A stretch of 64,000 bases of DNA from Patescibacteria group bacterium (lineage in GTDB: Bacteria; Patescibacteriota; Patescibacteriia; UBA2591; JAQUPP01). Of this stretch, positions 18,724 through 28,813 are shown piece after piece. Numbering within the stretch: the first letter of the stretch is position 1; every line of letters begins with the position of its first letter. The DNA is taken from NCBI GenBank assembly GCA_028717225.1, contig JAQUOF010000001.1:30322-94321 (forward strand), in the 5' to 3' direction. A program made the position numbers and the translations under genes. The notes below the pieces were generated by a model. The model saw only the letters and a list, made by a program, of their open reading frames with translations. It was not told where the DNA came from and did no database searches.

Positions 18724-19956
18724 ATGAAAAAACCTCTTAAAAACAATTATTTTAAGGTTTTTCTGAACAATTTACGGTCTAATGTCCAATCGGGCTTAGC
18801 CAATCTGGGAAAAGCGATTATCGGGAGAATACTTTATATCTCTCATTTTTGCCTTAGACACCGTGATAAAATAATAACGGGCGAATTTGCTTTAGTGGCT
18901 GTAATCGCCTTTTTTATTATTTTTTCATCCTTGGAAATGAAAAATCTTTATGAAAATGCCAATCATGAAAATTTAATTACTTCAATTACCAATCAAGATA
19001 AAATTATTGTTAAAGCTCAAGATACTTCTATCCCTTCTAATAATAAAGAGGATTCTGATTTTCATATTGCCGGCAATAGAATGCTGGCAGATTCTGATAT
19101 TTCTTTAACTTTGGGCGGGAGCACTTTAATCACCCCTGAAACTGAATTTAATGACTCAATGCCAAACACCAGGACAGAAGTTGAAAATTATACCGTTGAA
19201 GCAGGAGATACTATTTATACCATTGCTCAAAAATTTGGCATTAACATCACTTCCATTCTTGCGGCAAACAATTTGACGCTTCGTTCGGCCAATCTTATCA
19301 GACCCGGACAAACGCTTTCTATTTTGCCGATTGACGGTTTAACTCATAAAGTTAAATCCGGCGAGACATTGGATCAAATCGCCAAAAAATATAAAGCATC
19401 AATAAATGATATCGTGGATTTCAACGGCTTGGCCGATGCTTCTGATATTTTAGCAAATGATATTTTAATTATTCCTTATGGATCACAACCTTCCGCGCCT
19501 CCGGTGATAATCAAACCTCAGGTTGTTCAACCTCGTTTTGAAAAAACAGAATTAGTGATAACTTCACCGAATTACAATTCTTGGTTGAGAAATACAAAAT
19601 GCCACAAATTTTATAATGGCCAGTGTACTTCTTATGTAGCTTATAAATGGGCGACTGATCTCGGCAAATGCGTTGCTTGGAGCGGTAATGCCAAAAACTG
19701 GCTCGGTAATGCCAAACAACAAGGATTCAGAATTGGCGATGATCCGCAAAAAGGAGCCGTTGTTTCTTTATGTGAAGCCGGCCGCGGTTGCTGCGGAAGA
19801 AGTTCCTATTGTTGGGGACACGTCGCTTATGTTGAATCTTTTAATAATGACACTATTACTTTTACTGAAATGAATCATCCCACGCCATGGCGCGTTACTC
19901 AAAGAACAATTGATCGCGACGATGTACGTATTTTAGGTTACATTTACGCGGAATAA
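18724..19956 (+). CDS. Membrane-anchored peptidoglycan hydrolase: two LysM domains plus C-terminal CHAP amidase/peptidase domain
   Basis: LysM motifs (YTVEAGDTIYTIAQKFGI...; HKVKSGETLDQIAKKY...); CHAP signature (GQCTSYVAY...GHVAYVE) with catalytic Cys/His; N-terminal TM. Confidence 0.8.
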   Translation: MKKPLKNNYFKVFLNNLRSNVQSGLANLGKAIIGRILYISHFCLRHRDKIITGEFALVAVIAFFIIFSSLEMKNLYENANHENLITSITNQDKIIVKAQDTSIPSNNKEDSDFHIAGNRMLADSDISLTLGGSTLITPETEFNDSMPNTRTEVENYTVEAGDTIYTIAQKFGINITSILAANNLTLRSANLIRPGQTLSILPIDGLTHKVKSGETLDQIAKKYKASINDIVDFNGLADASDILANDILIIPYGSQPSAPPVIIKPQVVQPRFEKTELVITSPNYNSWLRNTKCHKFYNGQCTSYVAYKWATDLGKCVAWSGNAKNWLGNAKQQGFRIGDDPQKGAVVSLCEAGRGCCGRSSYCWGHVAYVESFNNDTITFTEMNHPTPWRVTQRTIDRDDVRILGYIYAE

Positions 19957-19989
19957 AAAATATATTTTTAAAAATTAAATTATAATCAT

Positions 19990-21810
19990 ATGAATATTAT
20001 AGAGGGTCAATATCCTTCACAAGAAGCGGAAGAAGAAGCTTCCCGCATGAAACAAAAAATTAAATCCGGTGAGGCCAAGTCATATCAGGAAGCAGATGAA
20101 CTAATTAAGAGTGAAAATCTTGCAAAAATAGAATCAGAAACTAAAAAATTAATTCAATCTAAAACATCCTATCCTATAGTAGAAAAAACTATAGATAAAA
20201 TTTCATCCGTAAAACAGAAAGTTGATTCTGGCGAAGTTCCTTTATATACTGGAGCAGAAAAATTAATTAATATTGAAAATATTAAAACAGAAACCCAAAA
20301 AGAAGCCTCTAAAAATACAGCAGAAATTTCAAATCCAGACAATAGTGGTGCAGGAGAATTAATTAAAGATGAAGGTCAGAAGACAGAAATTCCAAAGACA
20401 GAAATTCCCGGAGAAAAAAATTTATATTCTAAGGAAGAGGCTCTGGATAAAGCCTCCCGCATGAAACAAAAAGTTGATTCTGGTAAGGCCGCTGATTATA
20501 ACAGCGCACAAACAATGGTTGCTGTTGAAGATTATTGGGCAAAAAACCCGGAAGAGACTTCTAAAAAGACAGCTGCGATTTTGAGTCCAGACAATCGAAA
20601 AAAATTCAATGAAATGTCTGAGAAAGGAAAAGATATTGCCAATCAATTTTTTAAAGGACTTTATAGAATTTCCGGTATAGATAAAATAGTAGATAAACTT
20701 AAAATTACCCATAAACAATCTCAATCGGATCGTTATGAGAAAAAAGCTGTTGAATTTAAAATTCAAGCAGACGCTCTTAAGTTAGAAATTGAAGAGCTGA
20801 ATCAATCCAAAAAACCATTTGACGCTGCTATTGAAAATTTAAAAAAACAGAATCTTCCCGGATCTGAATTATTAGAATTAAAATTAAAAGATTTAGATCG
20901 TCAAACAAATTATTTATTAAATGAAAAAGATAAAATTCAAACAAAATTTGAAGCAAATGAAAGTAAAATGAAATTGTATACGAAGGAAAGGAATAAAATC
21001 GTGGGGAAATTTATTGAACGTTATGATGAAAAACTTGAACCAATGGAAAAAGAACTAGAAAATCTTCAAAAATGCGAGAAAAGAATAGATCTTGATGCCG
21101 CTATAATGGAAGAGAAACAAGCAAAACAAACAGCAGAATTCGACAATAAAGAAAAACAAAAAAAACAGATAGAGGATACTTTACGAGCAACCGGAATGTC
21201 CGAGAAAGAAATTCAAGTATTTCCAGCTATAGAAATACTTAATCAGGGTTTAAGTCAAGGTTATGAAAAGATAAAAATAGAAAAAGAAAATCTGGCTCAA
21301 AAAAAGATGGAAATAGAAAAGAAAATCGCAAAAATTGACGCGCAAGCCAATCCATATAGAGACAAACGCGATGAATTTGCGCGCATAACAGAAGACATAC
21401 CGTTGGAGATGGAGATGGAAAAAAGAAAAAGAGTGGAAGAATTTAAAGGTAAAGAAAAAATAATAGCACATACCAGACAAGAAAATTCAGAAATTATAAA
21501 TGTCGCCGACAGAAAACCGGTCAAAGAAATTAAAGCGGAAGAAACAGAAAAAAACAAAGAAGAATTTGAAGTTTCTTCTTATATTACTGGTTGGAACGCA
21601 TACCTTAAAGAAAAATACAATGAAAATGCTTCTACAGAGCTGATAAATTTAGAAAACTTTTTAAACACAACTGGGTTTCCAAAAGATTATAAATTGGATT
21701 TCTCTTTCTTCAAAAACATCCTCTTAAAATATTGTACATTTCAAGATATACCGACTGATAAATTGAATCAAAATATTGATAAATTTTTTGAAGATAAAAT
21801 AAAAATATAG
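19990..21810 (+). CDS. Lys/Glu-rich coiled-coil protein with internal repeats (hypothetical)
   Basis: 606 aa, highly charged, repeated ASRMKQK[IV][KD]SG[EK]A segments; no enzymatic motifs. Confidence 0.5.
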   Translation: MNIIEGQYPSQEAEEEASRMKQKIKSGEAKSYQEADELIKSENLAKIESETKKLIQSKTSYPIVEKTIDKISSVKQKVDSGEVPLYTGAEKLINIENIKTETQKEASKNTAEISNPDNSGAGELIKDEGQKTEIPKTEIPGEKNLYSKEEALDKASRMKQKVDSGKAADYNSAQTMVAVEDYWAKNPEETSKKTAAILSPDNRKKFNEMSEKGKDIANQFFKGLYRISGIDKIVDKLKITHKQSQSDRYEKKAVEFKIQADALKLEIEELNQSKKPFDAAIENLKKQNLPGSELLELKLKDLDRQTNYLLNEKDKIQTKFEANESKMKLYTKERNKIVGKFIERYDEKLEPMEKELENLQKCEKRIDLDAAIMEEKQAKQTAEFDNKEKQKKQIEDTLRATGMSEKEIQVFPAIEILNQGLSQGYEKIKIEKENLAQKKMEIEKKIAKIDAQANPYRDKRDEFARITEDIPLEMEMEKRKRVEEFKGKEKIIAHTRQENSEIINVADRKPVKEIKAEETEKNKEEFEVSSYITGWNAYLKEKYNENASTELINLENFLNTTGFPKDYKLDFSFFKNILLKYCTFQDIPTDKLNQNIDKFFEDKIKI

Positions 21811-21840
21811 AAATAATAAATTTAATTTTTATAAATTATT

Positions 21841-22116
21841 ATGACAATAAATCAAAATAAAATAAACGATCAAATTATCCAAAACGCGAGCAACCAGCTT
21901 AATGATTTATCAGATAAAGTGAATAAGATTAATTTAGAAATAGATAAAACAAATAAGGAAGCAAATGAAAAAATTAATAATCTTGATATGGAGATTGATA
22001 AATCTATTAATAATATAAAACAAATCTGCTCTGATTTGGATCAAATTGAAAAAGATGCCGGCGATGAACTGGATAAGCTTGCATTGCAACAAGCGGAAGA
22101 CTTGGCCAGCGAATAA
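21841..22116 (+). CDS. Small coiled-coil protein (hypothetical)
   Basis: 91 aa with heptad-like pattern; followed directly by a strong terminator. Confidence 0.4.
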   Translation: MTINQNKINDQIIQNASNQLNDLSDKVNKINLEIDKTNKEANEKINNLDMEIDKSINNIKQICSDLDQIEKDAGDELDKLALQQAEDLASE

Positions 22117-22133
22117 AAAAATATATTAAAAAA

Positions 22134-22166
22134 GTCTCTCTGGAAAATTCCAGAGAGACTTTTTTA
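22134..22166. terminator. Bidirectional intrinsic terminator
   Basis: GTCTCTCTGG-AAAATT-CCAGAGAGAC hairpin plus T-run; between the stop at 22116 (+) and the stop at 22190 (-). Confidence 0.75.
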
Positions 22167-22189
22167 ATTTTTTAAATTATATCACTGAT

Positions 22190-23080
22190 TTAAATCTTAA
22201 AAAGATTTTTAAGATAAACTGGCAGAGCGAAAATCGCCTGATGGATTTTCGGACAATACCATTTTAAATTTTTCACCTTGCGTTCTTTTAATCTTTTCTG
22301 AATAATTTCATTTTTTATTTTTGTTGCGTCAATATAATTGCTGTTGATGCTAAAAGCCATTAAAGATCCATATAAAGGAATATATGAGACAAAAACAGAA
22401 GAAAACTTGAAAACAGATTTTAAATTTTTATAAATCCATTTTGACAATTCCGGCCGAGTGGTCGCCAAATCCAAATGCGTCATAAAAATGCCGTTTTTCT
22501 CCAATTTTGAAGAAATTTTCCGGTAAAAACTTCTTGTATAGAGTGCTTTTGACGGGCCGATCGGATCGGTTAAATCGGAAATAATCAGATCAAATTTTTC
22601 TTTTGTTTCTTCCACAAATTTTTTGCCGTCACCGACAATAATTTCAACTTTGGGATTTTTAAATGAATTTTTGTGAATAAATTTTAAATATTTTTTGGAA
22701 AAATCAATTACTTCTTGGTCTATTTCCACCATTATCACTTTCTTAATTGAATAATGCGATAAAACTTGCCGCAAAATTCCGCAATCTCCGCCACCGATAA
22801 TCAAAACTTTTTTCGGGTTGGGATGCGAAAACAGAGCCGGTTGTGTCATTGCTTCGTGATAAAAAAATTCGTCTTTTTCCGAGGTCTGAAAATAGCCGTC
22901 CAGTTTCAACAATTTACCCAACCATGGCGTTTCATAAAGTTCAATTTTTTGGTACTTGGTTTTGCCTTTATAAATAAGCTTGTCATAAGCAAAACCATAA
23001 GCATAATTATAATTCGCTTTTTTGCCTTCAAGAATTTTTCCTGTTGGATGAAATTCAAATGTATATTTTTTTTCTTTCAT
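22190..23080 (-). CDS. speE: Spermidine synthase (aminopropyltransferase), stand-alone
   Basis: VLIIGGGDCG motif, proximal/distal aminopropyl-binding regions, ~296 aa. Confidence 0.85.
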   Translation of the reverse strand: MKEKKYTFEFHPTGKILEGKKANYNYAYGFAYDKLIYKGKTKYQKIELYETPWLGKLLKLDGYFQTSEKDEFFYHEAMTQPALFSHPNPKKVLIIGGGDCGILRQVLSHYSIKKVIMVEIDQEVIDFSKKYLKFIHKNSFKNPKVEIIVGDGKKFVEETKEKFDLIISDLTDPIGPSKALYTRSFYRKISSKLEKNGIFMTHLDLATTRPELSKWIYKNLKSVFKFSSVFVSYIPLYGSLMAFSINSNYIDATKIKNEIIQKRLKERKVKNLKWYCPKIHQAIFALPVYLKNLFKI

Positions 23081-23268
23081 ATAATAATTCTCTCTCTTAT
23101 AGTAAAATTTGTCTGAACGAAATCGCGGAAAAGCCTTAGAAAATTAAGGAGTTTTATTGAAAAATTCATCTGTCTGACGACCTATTCGGGAGGAGTTATG
23201 AATTTTTCAGAATAAAGCGAGTATAATTTTCAAGGATTTGGAGCGTTGAGTGAAAGTAAATTTTACTA

Positions 23269-24336
23269 TTATTTCCTCAGTTTTTCACCGAATAAAAATC
23301 TGGTCATTCCGCCGGACAAAAACCACTTGTCTTCTATCATAATATTGTCGTAAAATTTTTCCGCCGAATTTTTAATGCATTTCAATTTTTGCGTTTCCAA
23401 AATATTTCCCGCGCAAGCCGACCAAGCCGGCACTTTTATTTCATGCAGCAATTTCATCATTTCATTGTAGAATTTCTTGAATTTCACTTCTGATGCGGAA
23501 ATAATATCAACCACCGCGTAATCAATTTTTTTGTCTTTTAAATAAGGGATGGTTTCAAGCGCGTCGCCGTAAAACATTTTCAAACGCGGATCGCGCAAAA
23601 CTTTATTCGCTCCCAAATATTTTTTGGCGATTTCCACCACTTGCTGGTCTTGTTCAAACATATAAATATCTTTCAAATGTTTATTCGGAATTATTTTTTT
23701 CAAAACCGAGCAATCGCCGCCGCCGATGATTAAAACCGATTCTGCTTTGATAAGTTTCAATTTTTTCAACATTTGATCATCATAAAAATTTGAGTCAGTT
23801 GTTGCGTATTGCAAAATGCCATTTGAGAAAAGACAAGTGCCGAGCTTTTTTGTCCTGACTAATTCCAAATTTTGATACGGAGTCTGTCGCTTGTGAATAG
23901 TCCTTATCACCTCTATTTCGCGCCTAAATCCTTCGCTTTGCAAGATTGTCTTCCATTGACGCATTGTCCCTCTTTTAATAAACGTCCAACTTACATCTTT
24001 GGCGCCGATTTTTTCCTGCAAATAATCAAGGATCGGTTCCGGTTTATTCGCGCCGCAGGTAAAAATATCAATGCCGACATAGCCGATTTCCGGATAAGTA
24101 TGCACGCTGATATGACTCTCGGCCAAAATTCCGACAATCGTTATTCCGACCGGTGAAAACTTTTTGGAAACCAAATTTAACAAATGATGATTTGTTTTAT
24201 GAATCGCTTCTTGAACCAATCTTTTTAAAAGCTGCTCATCATTAATTATTCGCGCATCGCAGCCCTTTAAGTCAGCGATAATTTCTCTGCCAATACGATA
24301 ACTTCTTTTTAAATGAATCTTTTTTGATTTTGCCAT
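23269..24336 (-). CDS. Fusion protein: pyruvoyl-dependent S-adenosylmethionine decarboxylase (SpeH-type) N-domain plus spermidine-synthase-like C-domain
   Basis: N-terminal ~115 aa matches Bacillus-type AdoMetDC including LAESHISVHTYPE (self-processing Ser); C-terminal ~230 aa carries spermidine synthase motifs (VLIIGGGDCS...). Confidence 0.8.
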   Translation of the reverse strand: MAKSKKIHLKRSYRIGREIIADLKGCDARIINDEQLLKRLVQEAIHKTNHHLLNLVSKKFSPVGITIVGILAESHISVHTYPEIGYVGIDIFTCGANKPEPILDYLQEKIGAKDVSWTFIKRGTMRQWKTILQSEGFRREIEVIRTIHKRQTPYQNLELVRTKKLGTCLFSNGILQYATTDSNFYDDQMLKKLKLIKAESVLIIGGGDCSVLKKIIPNKHLKDIYMFEQDQQVVEIAKKYLGANKVLRDPRLKMFYGDALETIPYLKDKKIDYAVVDIISASEVKFKKFYNEMMKLLHEIKVPAWSACAGNILETQKLKCIKNSAEKFYDNIMIEDKWFLSGGMTRFLFGEKLRK

Positions 24337-24352
24337 AATTGTCGAAATTTAT

Positions 24353-24374
24353 TGAGTGTAGCGAAATAAATTTC
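24353..24374. promoter_or_regulatory. Perfect 22-bp palindrome GTAGCGAAATAAATTTCGCTAC in the 5' region of the AdoMetDC-SpeE fusion gene
   Basis: Lies 17 bp upstream of the start codon at 24336 (minus strand); candidate operator or 5' UTR hairpin. Confidence 0.4.
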
Positions 24375-24548
24375 GCTACAATTATGAGCACCCCGCCTCA
24401 AATCTCTAGATAAAATTAATCTAAAGATAAAATAAGCCGAAGGCGCTCCCGTGAATTAAATTAATTATTTTTTTATAAACTCCCTTTGGATTTGGGGCTG
24501 GGGGTTGCCCTTATTTACTTAATTAGTTTATTTACTTATTAACTTGCC

Positions 24549-26117
24549 TTATAATACTTCTTCTAATTTTGTTCTATATTGAATGGCTTCGGCAATGTGA
24601 TTAAAAGTAATTTCTTTGTCTCCGGCCAAGTCGGCAATAGTTCGGGAAACTTTTAAAATCCGGTGATAAGCGCGAGTAGACAAGGCAAATTGATCAATGG
24701 CTTTTTTTAATAATTCATGGCTCTTATCATCAACTTGGCAGAACTTTTTCAATTGCGGCAAAGTCATTTCGGCATTGGTCAAAACTTTTTTCTTGGACGA
24801 ATCATTTTTAAATCTTTTAGTCTGAATTTCTCTCGCTTTTTCCACTCTTTTTCTGATTTCTTTTGAACTTTCAGCCACTTTTTCATTGGTTAATTTTTCA
24901 AATTTAAGACGAGGGATTTCAAGATGCAAATCAATTCGGTCCAACAATGGCCCGGATATTTTTTTTCGATATTTCGTAATTTCGCCAATACCGCAGCGAC
25001 AGGGCTTTTCAGGGTCGCGATAATATCCACAAGGACAAGGATTTTGAGCAGCAATTAAAATAAATTTTGCCGGAAAAACCAAAGCGCCTCTGGCCCGAGA
25101 AATAGAAATTATTCCGTCTTCCAAAGGCTGACGCAAGCTTTCCAAAACATGACGGGAAAATTCCGGCACTTCATCTAAAAATAAAACTCCCCGATGAGCT
25201 AAACTGATTTCGCCCGGTTTGGGAATTTGTCCTCCGCCAACCATGGCTACGTCAGAAATAGTGTGATGAGGAGATCGAAATGGCCTTTCAAATTTTAATT
25301 CACCTTCTGTCAAAAGTCCGGCCACGCTGTAAATTTTTGTCACATCCAAAATTTCTTCTTTGGACATTTTCGGCAAAATTGAAGGTATGGTTTTTGCCAA
25401 AAGAGTTTTTCCTGAACCCGGCGCGCCGCTCATTAAAATATTATGTCCGCCGGCTGCCGCGATTTCTATTGCTCTTTTTGCCTGTTCTTGGCCTTTAACA
25501 TAGGCCATGTCAAACTCATATTCCGTTTCTTTTTCCAAAACATTAATATTTTCACCGACAAAAGGTTTAATTATTTTTTGTCCTGTCAAATGACTGATTA
25601 AAGAATTTAAAGAATCAAGCGGATAAATTTTAAAATTTTCATTTTCTATTAAAGACGCTTCTTGCGCGTTGGAAGCGGGCAGAAAAATATTTTTTATGCC
25701 TTTTTCCGCGGCTAAAATCGCCATTGGTAAAACTCCTTTAGAATGACGAAGTTCACCATTTAAAGCCAATTCGCCGACAAACAAACTTTTTTCTTTTAAA
25801 AAATCAGTTGGGAGCTGATTTGAAGCGATTAAAATTCCAACTGCCATTGGCAAATCATAAACCGAACCTTCTTTTTTTACATCAGCCGGCGCCAGATTAA
25901 TCGTTAAACGTTTTTTACGCGCATCCGGTAAAAATTTCAAGCCGGAATTAATAATGGCCGAGCGAACTCTCATTTTTGATTCTTCAATCGCCCGATCAGG
26001 CAAGCCGACAATATCAAAACAAGGAAATCCGCTTGAAATATCCACTTCAACTTCCACTAAATTTGATTCTAATCCGACATTAACTGCCGAAAAAATTTTC
26101 GCTAACATAATGGTCAT
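24549..26117 (-). CDS. yifB: YifB/ComM family Mg-chelatase-like AAA+ ATPase
   Basis: Walker A GAPGSGKT, ChlI-like domain, Lon-like N-domain; 522 aa. Confidence 0.9.
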   Translation of the reverse strand: MTIMLAKIFSAVNVGLESNLVEVEVDISSGFPCFDIVGLPDRAIEESKMRVRSAIINSGLKFLPDARKKRLTINLAPADVKKEGSVYDLPMAVGILIASNQLPTDFLKEKSLFVGELALNGELRHSKGVLPMAILAAEKGIKNIFLPASNAQEASLIENENFKIYPLDSLNSLISHLTGQKIIKPFVGENINVLEKETEYEFDMAYVKGQEQAKRAIEIAAAGGHNILMSGAPGSGKTLLAKTIPSILPKMSKEEILDVTKIYSVAGLLTEGELKFERPFRSPHHTISDVAMVGGGQIPKPGEISLAHRGVLFLDEVPEFSRHVLESLRQPLEDGIISISRARGALVFPAKFILIAAQNPCPCGYYRDPEKPCRCGIGEITKYRKKISGPLLDRIDLHLEIPRLKFEKLTNEKVAESSKEIRKRVEKAREIQTKRFKNDSSKKKVLTNAEMTLPQLKKFCQVDDKSHELLKKAIDQFALSTRAYHRILKVSRTIADLAGDKEITFNHIAEAIQYRTKLEEVL

Positions 26118-26212
26118 TGGTTATTAGTCTTCGGTTTTAGTTTGCTAGTTTTTGGTTTTAAACTGGCAACTGAATAACTATAACCATCAACTAAAAACTG
26201 CAAAACTATTTT

Positions 26213-26848
26213 TTACTTTAATAAAGACCTGGTGCCGATTCGATTTGCTCCGGCCTTAATCATTTTCAAAACCGTTTCTTTATCGCGAATATAACCCGAG
26301 GCCTTTACGCCAAAATTAGGACCGACGGTTTTGCGCATCAATTTAATATCTTCTTCTTTTGCGCCGGTTGGTCCATAACCGGTGGAAGTTTTAACAAAAA
26401 CCGCTCCGGACGACTTTACTATCTGACAAATTTTTTTAATTTCATTTTTGGTCAAATAACAAGTTTCAATAATCACTTTAACTGATTTCGGTTTTGCCGA
26501 TTTAACCACCATTTTTATTTCATTTAAAACATATTGATAATTTTTTTCTTTAAAAACGCCGATGTTCATCACCATGTCAATTTCGTTTGCTCCGTTTTTA
26601 ACCGCTTGTTTGGCCTCGGCTGCCTTAATTTGACTGGTGGTTGTGCCATGTGGAAAACCAACCACGCTGATTAATTTTATTGACGAGTTTTTCAAAAAAC
26701 TTTTTACCAATTTTACTCTTGAAGAAGTTACACAAACGGAAAAGAAGCCGTATTTCTTGGCTTCCCAACATAGTTTTTTAATATCAGAACTCTTGGCAAT
26801 CGGACTTACATTCGTATAATCAATAAATTTTGTAATGTCTGTTTTCAT
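26213..26848 (-). CDS. deoC: Deoxyribose-phosphate aldolase
   Basis: Class I aldolase DeoC motifs (VKVIIET..., FVKTSTGYG with Schiff-base Lys). Confidence 0.85.
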   Translation of the reverse strand: MKTDITKFIDYTNVSPIAKSSDIKKLCWEAKKYGFFSVCVTSSRVKLVKSFLKNSSIKLISVVGFPHGTTTSQIKAAEAKQAVKNGANEIDMVMNIGVFKEKNYQYVLNEIKMVVKSAKPKSVKVIIETCYLTKNEIKKICQIVKSSGAVFVKTSTGYGPTGAKEEDIKLMRKTVGPNFGVKASGYIRDKETVLKMIKAGANRIGTRSLLK

Positions 26849-26856
26849 TTTTTAAA

Positions 26857-27675
26857 TTAAATAAGTCTGTCTTTCCCAACAATTAATTTTAAAACCTGGG
26901 GGGCGACTTCAATTATGGCAGGAGTTTTAACGACTTTATTTTGGTCAACTTTAATAAATACCTCATCGCCTTCTTTTTTGGATTCAACTCTCAATTTTTT
27001 GACGAAAAATAAACTGTCTTTTTTGTCTTTGCCTTTTATAAAAAGAAAGTCCTTGCCCGAATTTCCCAATAAAACTTCCAAATAATTATCTTTCGGGTTA
27101 GAAACCGTTTTTTTAAAATCAGGATCTTGAGACATTTTTTTAAATTGCAAAAAATCCAAATTGATAACTTTTGTCAAATTAATTCCCGTAGGATTAATTT
27201 GATATTGCTCATCGCAAATCAATCGAGTTTGAGTTGGATTAAATTCCAGAGAAGAAAAGAAATGCTGTCCGTTAATCATACCCAAGCTTACATCTTCAAT
27301 TCGGCGGGATGAAATCACGTCGCAAGCGAATTCGTTGGTCGGCAAGCCCAAAATATGAGCCATGGCTGAATTTGACTGAGTGGGGATGAAGCCCAAAACC
27401 GCTTTTTGATTAGCCATGGGGATAGCCGCTTGAATAAAGGTTTCATCGCTCCCGACAATTACCACGGTTGGATTTTTATCCCTTAAACTTTCTTTAATAA
27501 TATCCGAGATGCTTTTTAAAATTGAAAAACGGATTTTTTTACCGGTAATACCTAAATTAGCCAATCGAATTTCTATTTCATTGACTTGTTTTTCGTACCT
27601 TTTCTCAGATAAAAAAGAATCGTAAATGTAAAAATACATACCAAAATTATTTGAAAATTTAAGCTGAAAGCGCAA
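26857..27675 (-). CDS. Diacylglycerol-kinase catalytic-domain family (YegS/BmrU-like) protein with degenerate GGDGT motif
   Basis: VIVGSDETF (where GGDGT is expected) followed by LGFIPTQSNSAMAHILGLP (LG.IP.GTgNdfAr motif region). Confidence 0.5.
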   Translation of the reverse strand: MRFQLKFSNNFGMYFYIYDSFLSEKRYEKQVNEIEIRLANLGITGKKIRFSILKSISDIIKESLRDKNPTVVIVGSDETFIQAAIPMANQKAVLGFIPTQSNSAMAHILGLPTNEFACDVISSRRIEDVSLGMINGQHFFSSLEFNPTQTRLICDEQYQINPTGINLTKVINLDFLQFKKMSQDPDFKKTVSNPKDNYLEVLLGNSGKDFLFIKGKDKKDSLFFVKKLRVESKKEGDEVFIKVDQNKVVKTPAIIEVAPQVLKLIVGKDRLI

Positions 27676-27840
27676 AATTTTTAACTATAATTTTGCGTAC
27701 CGAGCACTCAGTATAATTTACAAAATTTCTCTTAAATTACTTAAATTAAAATAATTATACTGGAATTATCTTCAATAAGTTGGGCTGAGTGCTTGGTAAA
27801 GGTTTTGTAGTTCCGACTTAACGTCCGGAGACAAAGCCCT

Positions 27841-28233
27841 TTATATCTCCTCTGCTTTTTCTCTTTTATGTCCGGAAGTTGACGAGCCCTTGCCAACGCT
27901 GCAGCGGCCGCTTAAAGTCGCGCCTTCTTCCATGGAAAGAATTTGGCAATTGATATCGCCGGCGACATTAGCCGTGGAAGCCATTTCAATTTTATTGGAC
28001 ACTTCTAAATTTCCCTTAACCACTCCGGCCACGGAAATATTTTGGGCTTTAATGTCGGCTTCAATTAAACCGCCTTGTTTTAAAATCAAATCGCTTTCGG
28101 TTTCAACCGAACCGATGATTTGTCCTTTGACCACCACGTCTCCGGCGGCCACGAAAGTTCCTTCAACTTTTACCCCGGCGCCGATGATTGTCTCGGTGTC
28201 TTCGGGTTTCATTTTTGCGTCTTTTTCAAACAT
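27841..28233 (-). CDS. Bactofilin (CcmA-like beta-helical cytoskeletal protein)
   Basis: Repeated G-[VI]-x-[VI]-x-G beta-helix pattern across ~100 aa (DUF583-like), 130 aa. Confidence 0.75.
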   Translation of the reverse strand: MFEKDAKMKPEDTETIIGAGVKVEGTFVAAGDVVVKGQIIGSVETESDLILKQGGLIEADIKAQNISVAGVVKGNLEVSNKIEMASTANVAGDINCQILSMEEGATLSGRCSVGKGSSTSGHKREKAEEI

Positions 28234-28388
28234 AATATTTTTTAGTTAATTATTAATTAAATTAAAGACATGATATTAAATTATAATAGAATAATTTTAA
28301 TAGTCAACCTTTTTATACCCTCCCAATTGACAAAAACCTTTTTATCATTTATAGTATTGAATATAAGATTTTAACTAAATATAAAAAT

Positions 28389-28595
28389 ATGGCTCAAACA
28401 ATAAAAATCTCCGACGAAACAAAATTAAAAACCGCTCCAGACACGAGCGATTACATTCGCAAAGGATTAAAAAAAGTATTTTGGACAACCACGATTTTAA
28501 TTTTGGTTTTAATTGCTTTGGAAATCATAAACAGACAAACCGGTTTTCTGACTCACCTTTCCGAATCATTGATGGGGAAATTGATCAAGCAGTAA
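28389..28595 (+). CDS. Small membrane protein (hypothetical)
   Basis: 68 aa with a single TM helix (VFWTTTILILVLIALEII). Confidence 0.35.
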   Translation: MAQTIKISDETKLKTAPDTSDYIRKGLKKVFWTTTILILVLIALEIINRQTGFLTHLSESLMGKLIKQ

Positions 28596-28597
28596 TT

Positions 28598-28717
28598 TCA
28601 AGCTGATAAGTTGGCAAGCTAATAAGTAGATAAGTAAAAAGGCAATAAAAAATTACTTATTTGCTTATCATCTTGCTTGCTTACCAGCTTATTTTATTAG
28701 CTTATCAGCTTATTTAC
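28598..28717. repeat. Long imperfect inverted repeat built from AAGCTGATAAG / GCTTACCAGCTTATT-type units, upstream of tRNA-Arg
   Basis: Left arm AAGCTGATAAGTTGGCAAGCTAATAAGTAGATAAGTAA mirrors the right arm TTACTTATTTGCTTATCA...CTTATCAGCTT; the GCTTACCAGCTTATTT unit is also present at 4885-4905. Confidence 0.6.
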
Positions 28718-28725
28718 TTCCTTCC

Positions 28726-28798
28726 GCCCTCGTAGCTCAATGGATAAGAGCAAATCCGTCCTAAGGATGAGATAGGGGTTCGATTCCTCTCGGGGGCA
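28726..28798 (+). tRNA. tRNA-Arg (anticodon CCT)
   Basis: Cloverleaf: acceptor GCCCTCG/CGGGGGC, D-arm TAGCTCAATGGATAAGAGC, anticodon loop GTCCTAA, T-arm AGGGG-TTCGATT-CCTCT; no encoded CCA. Confidence 0.8.
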
Positions 28799-28813
28799 TA
28801 TAAACCCACAAAT

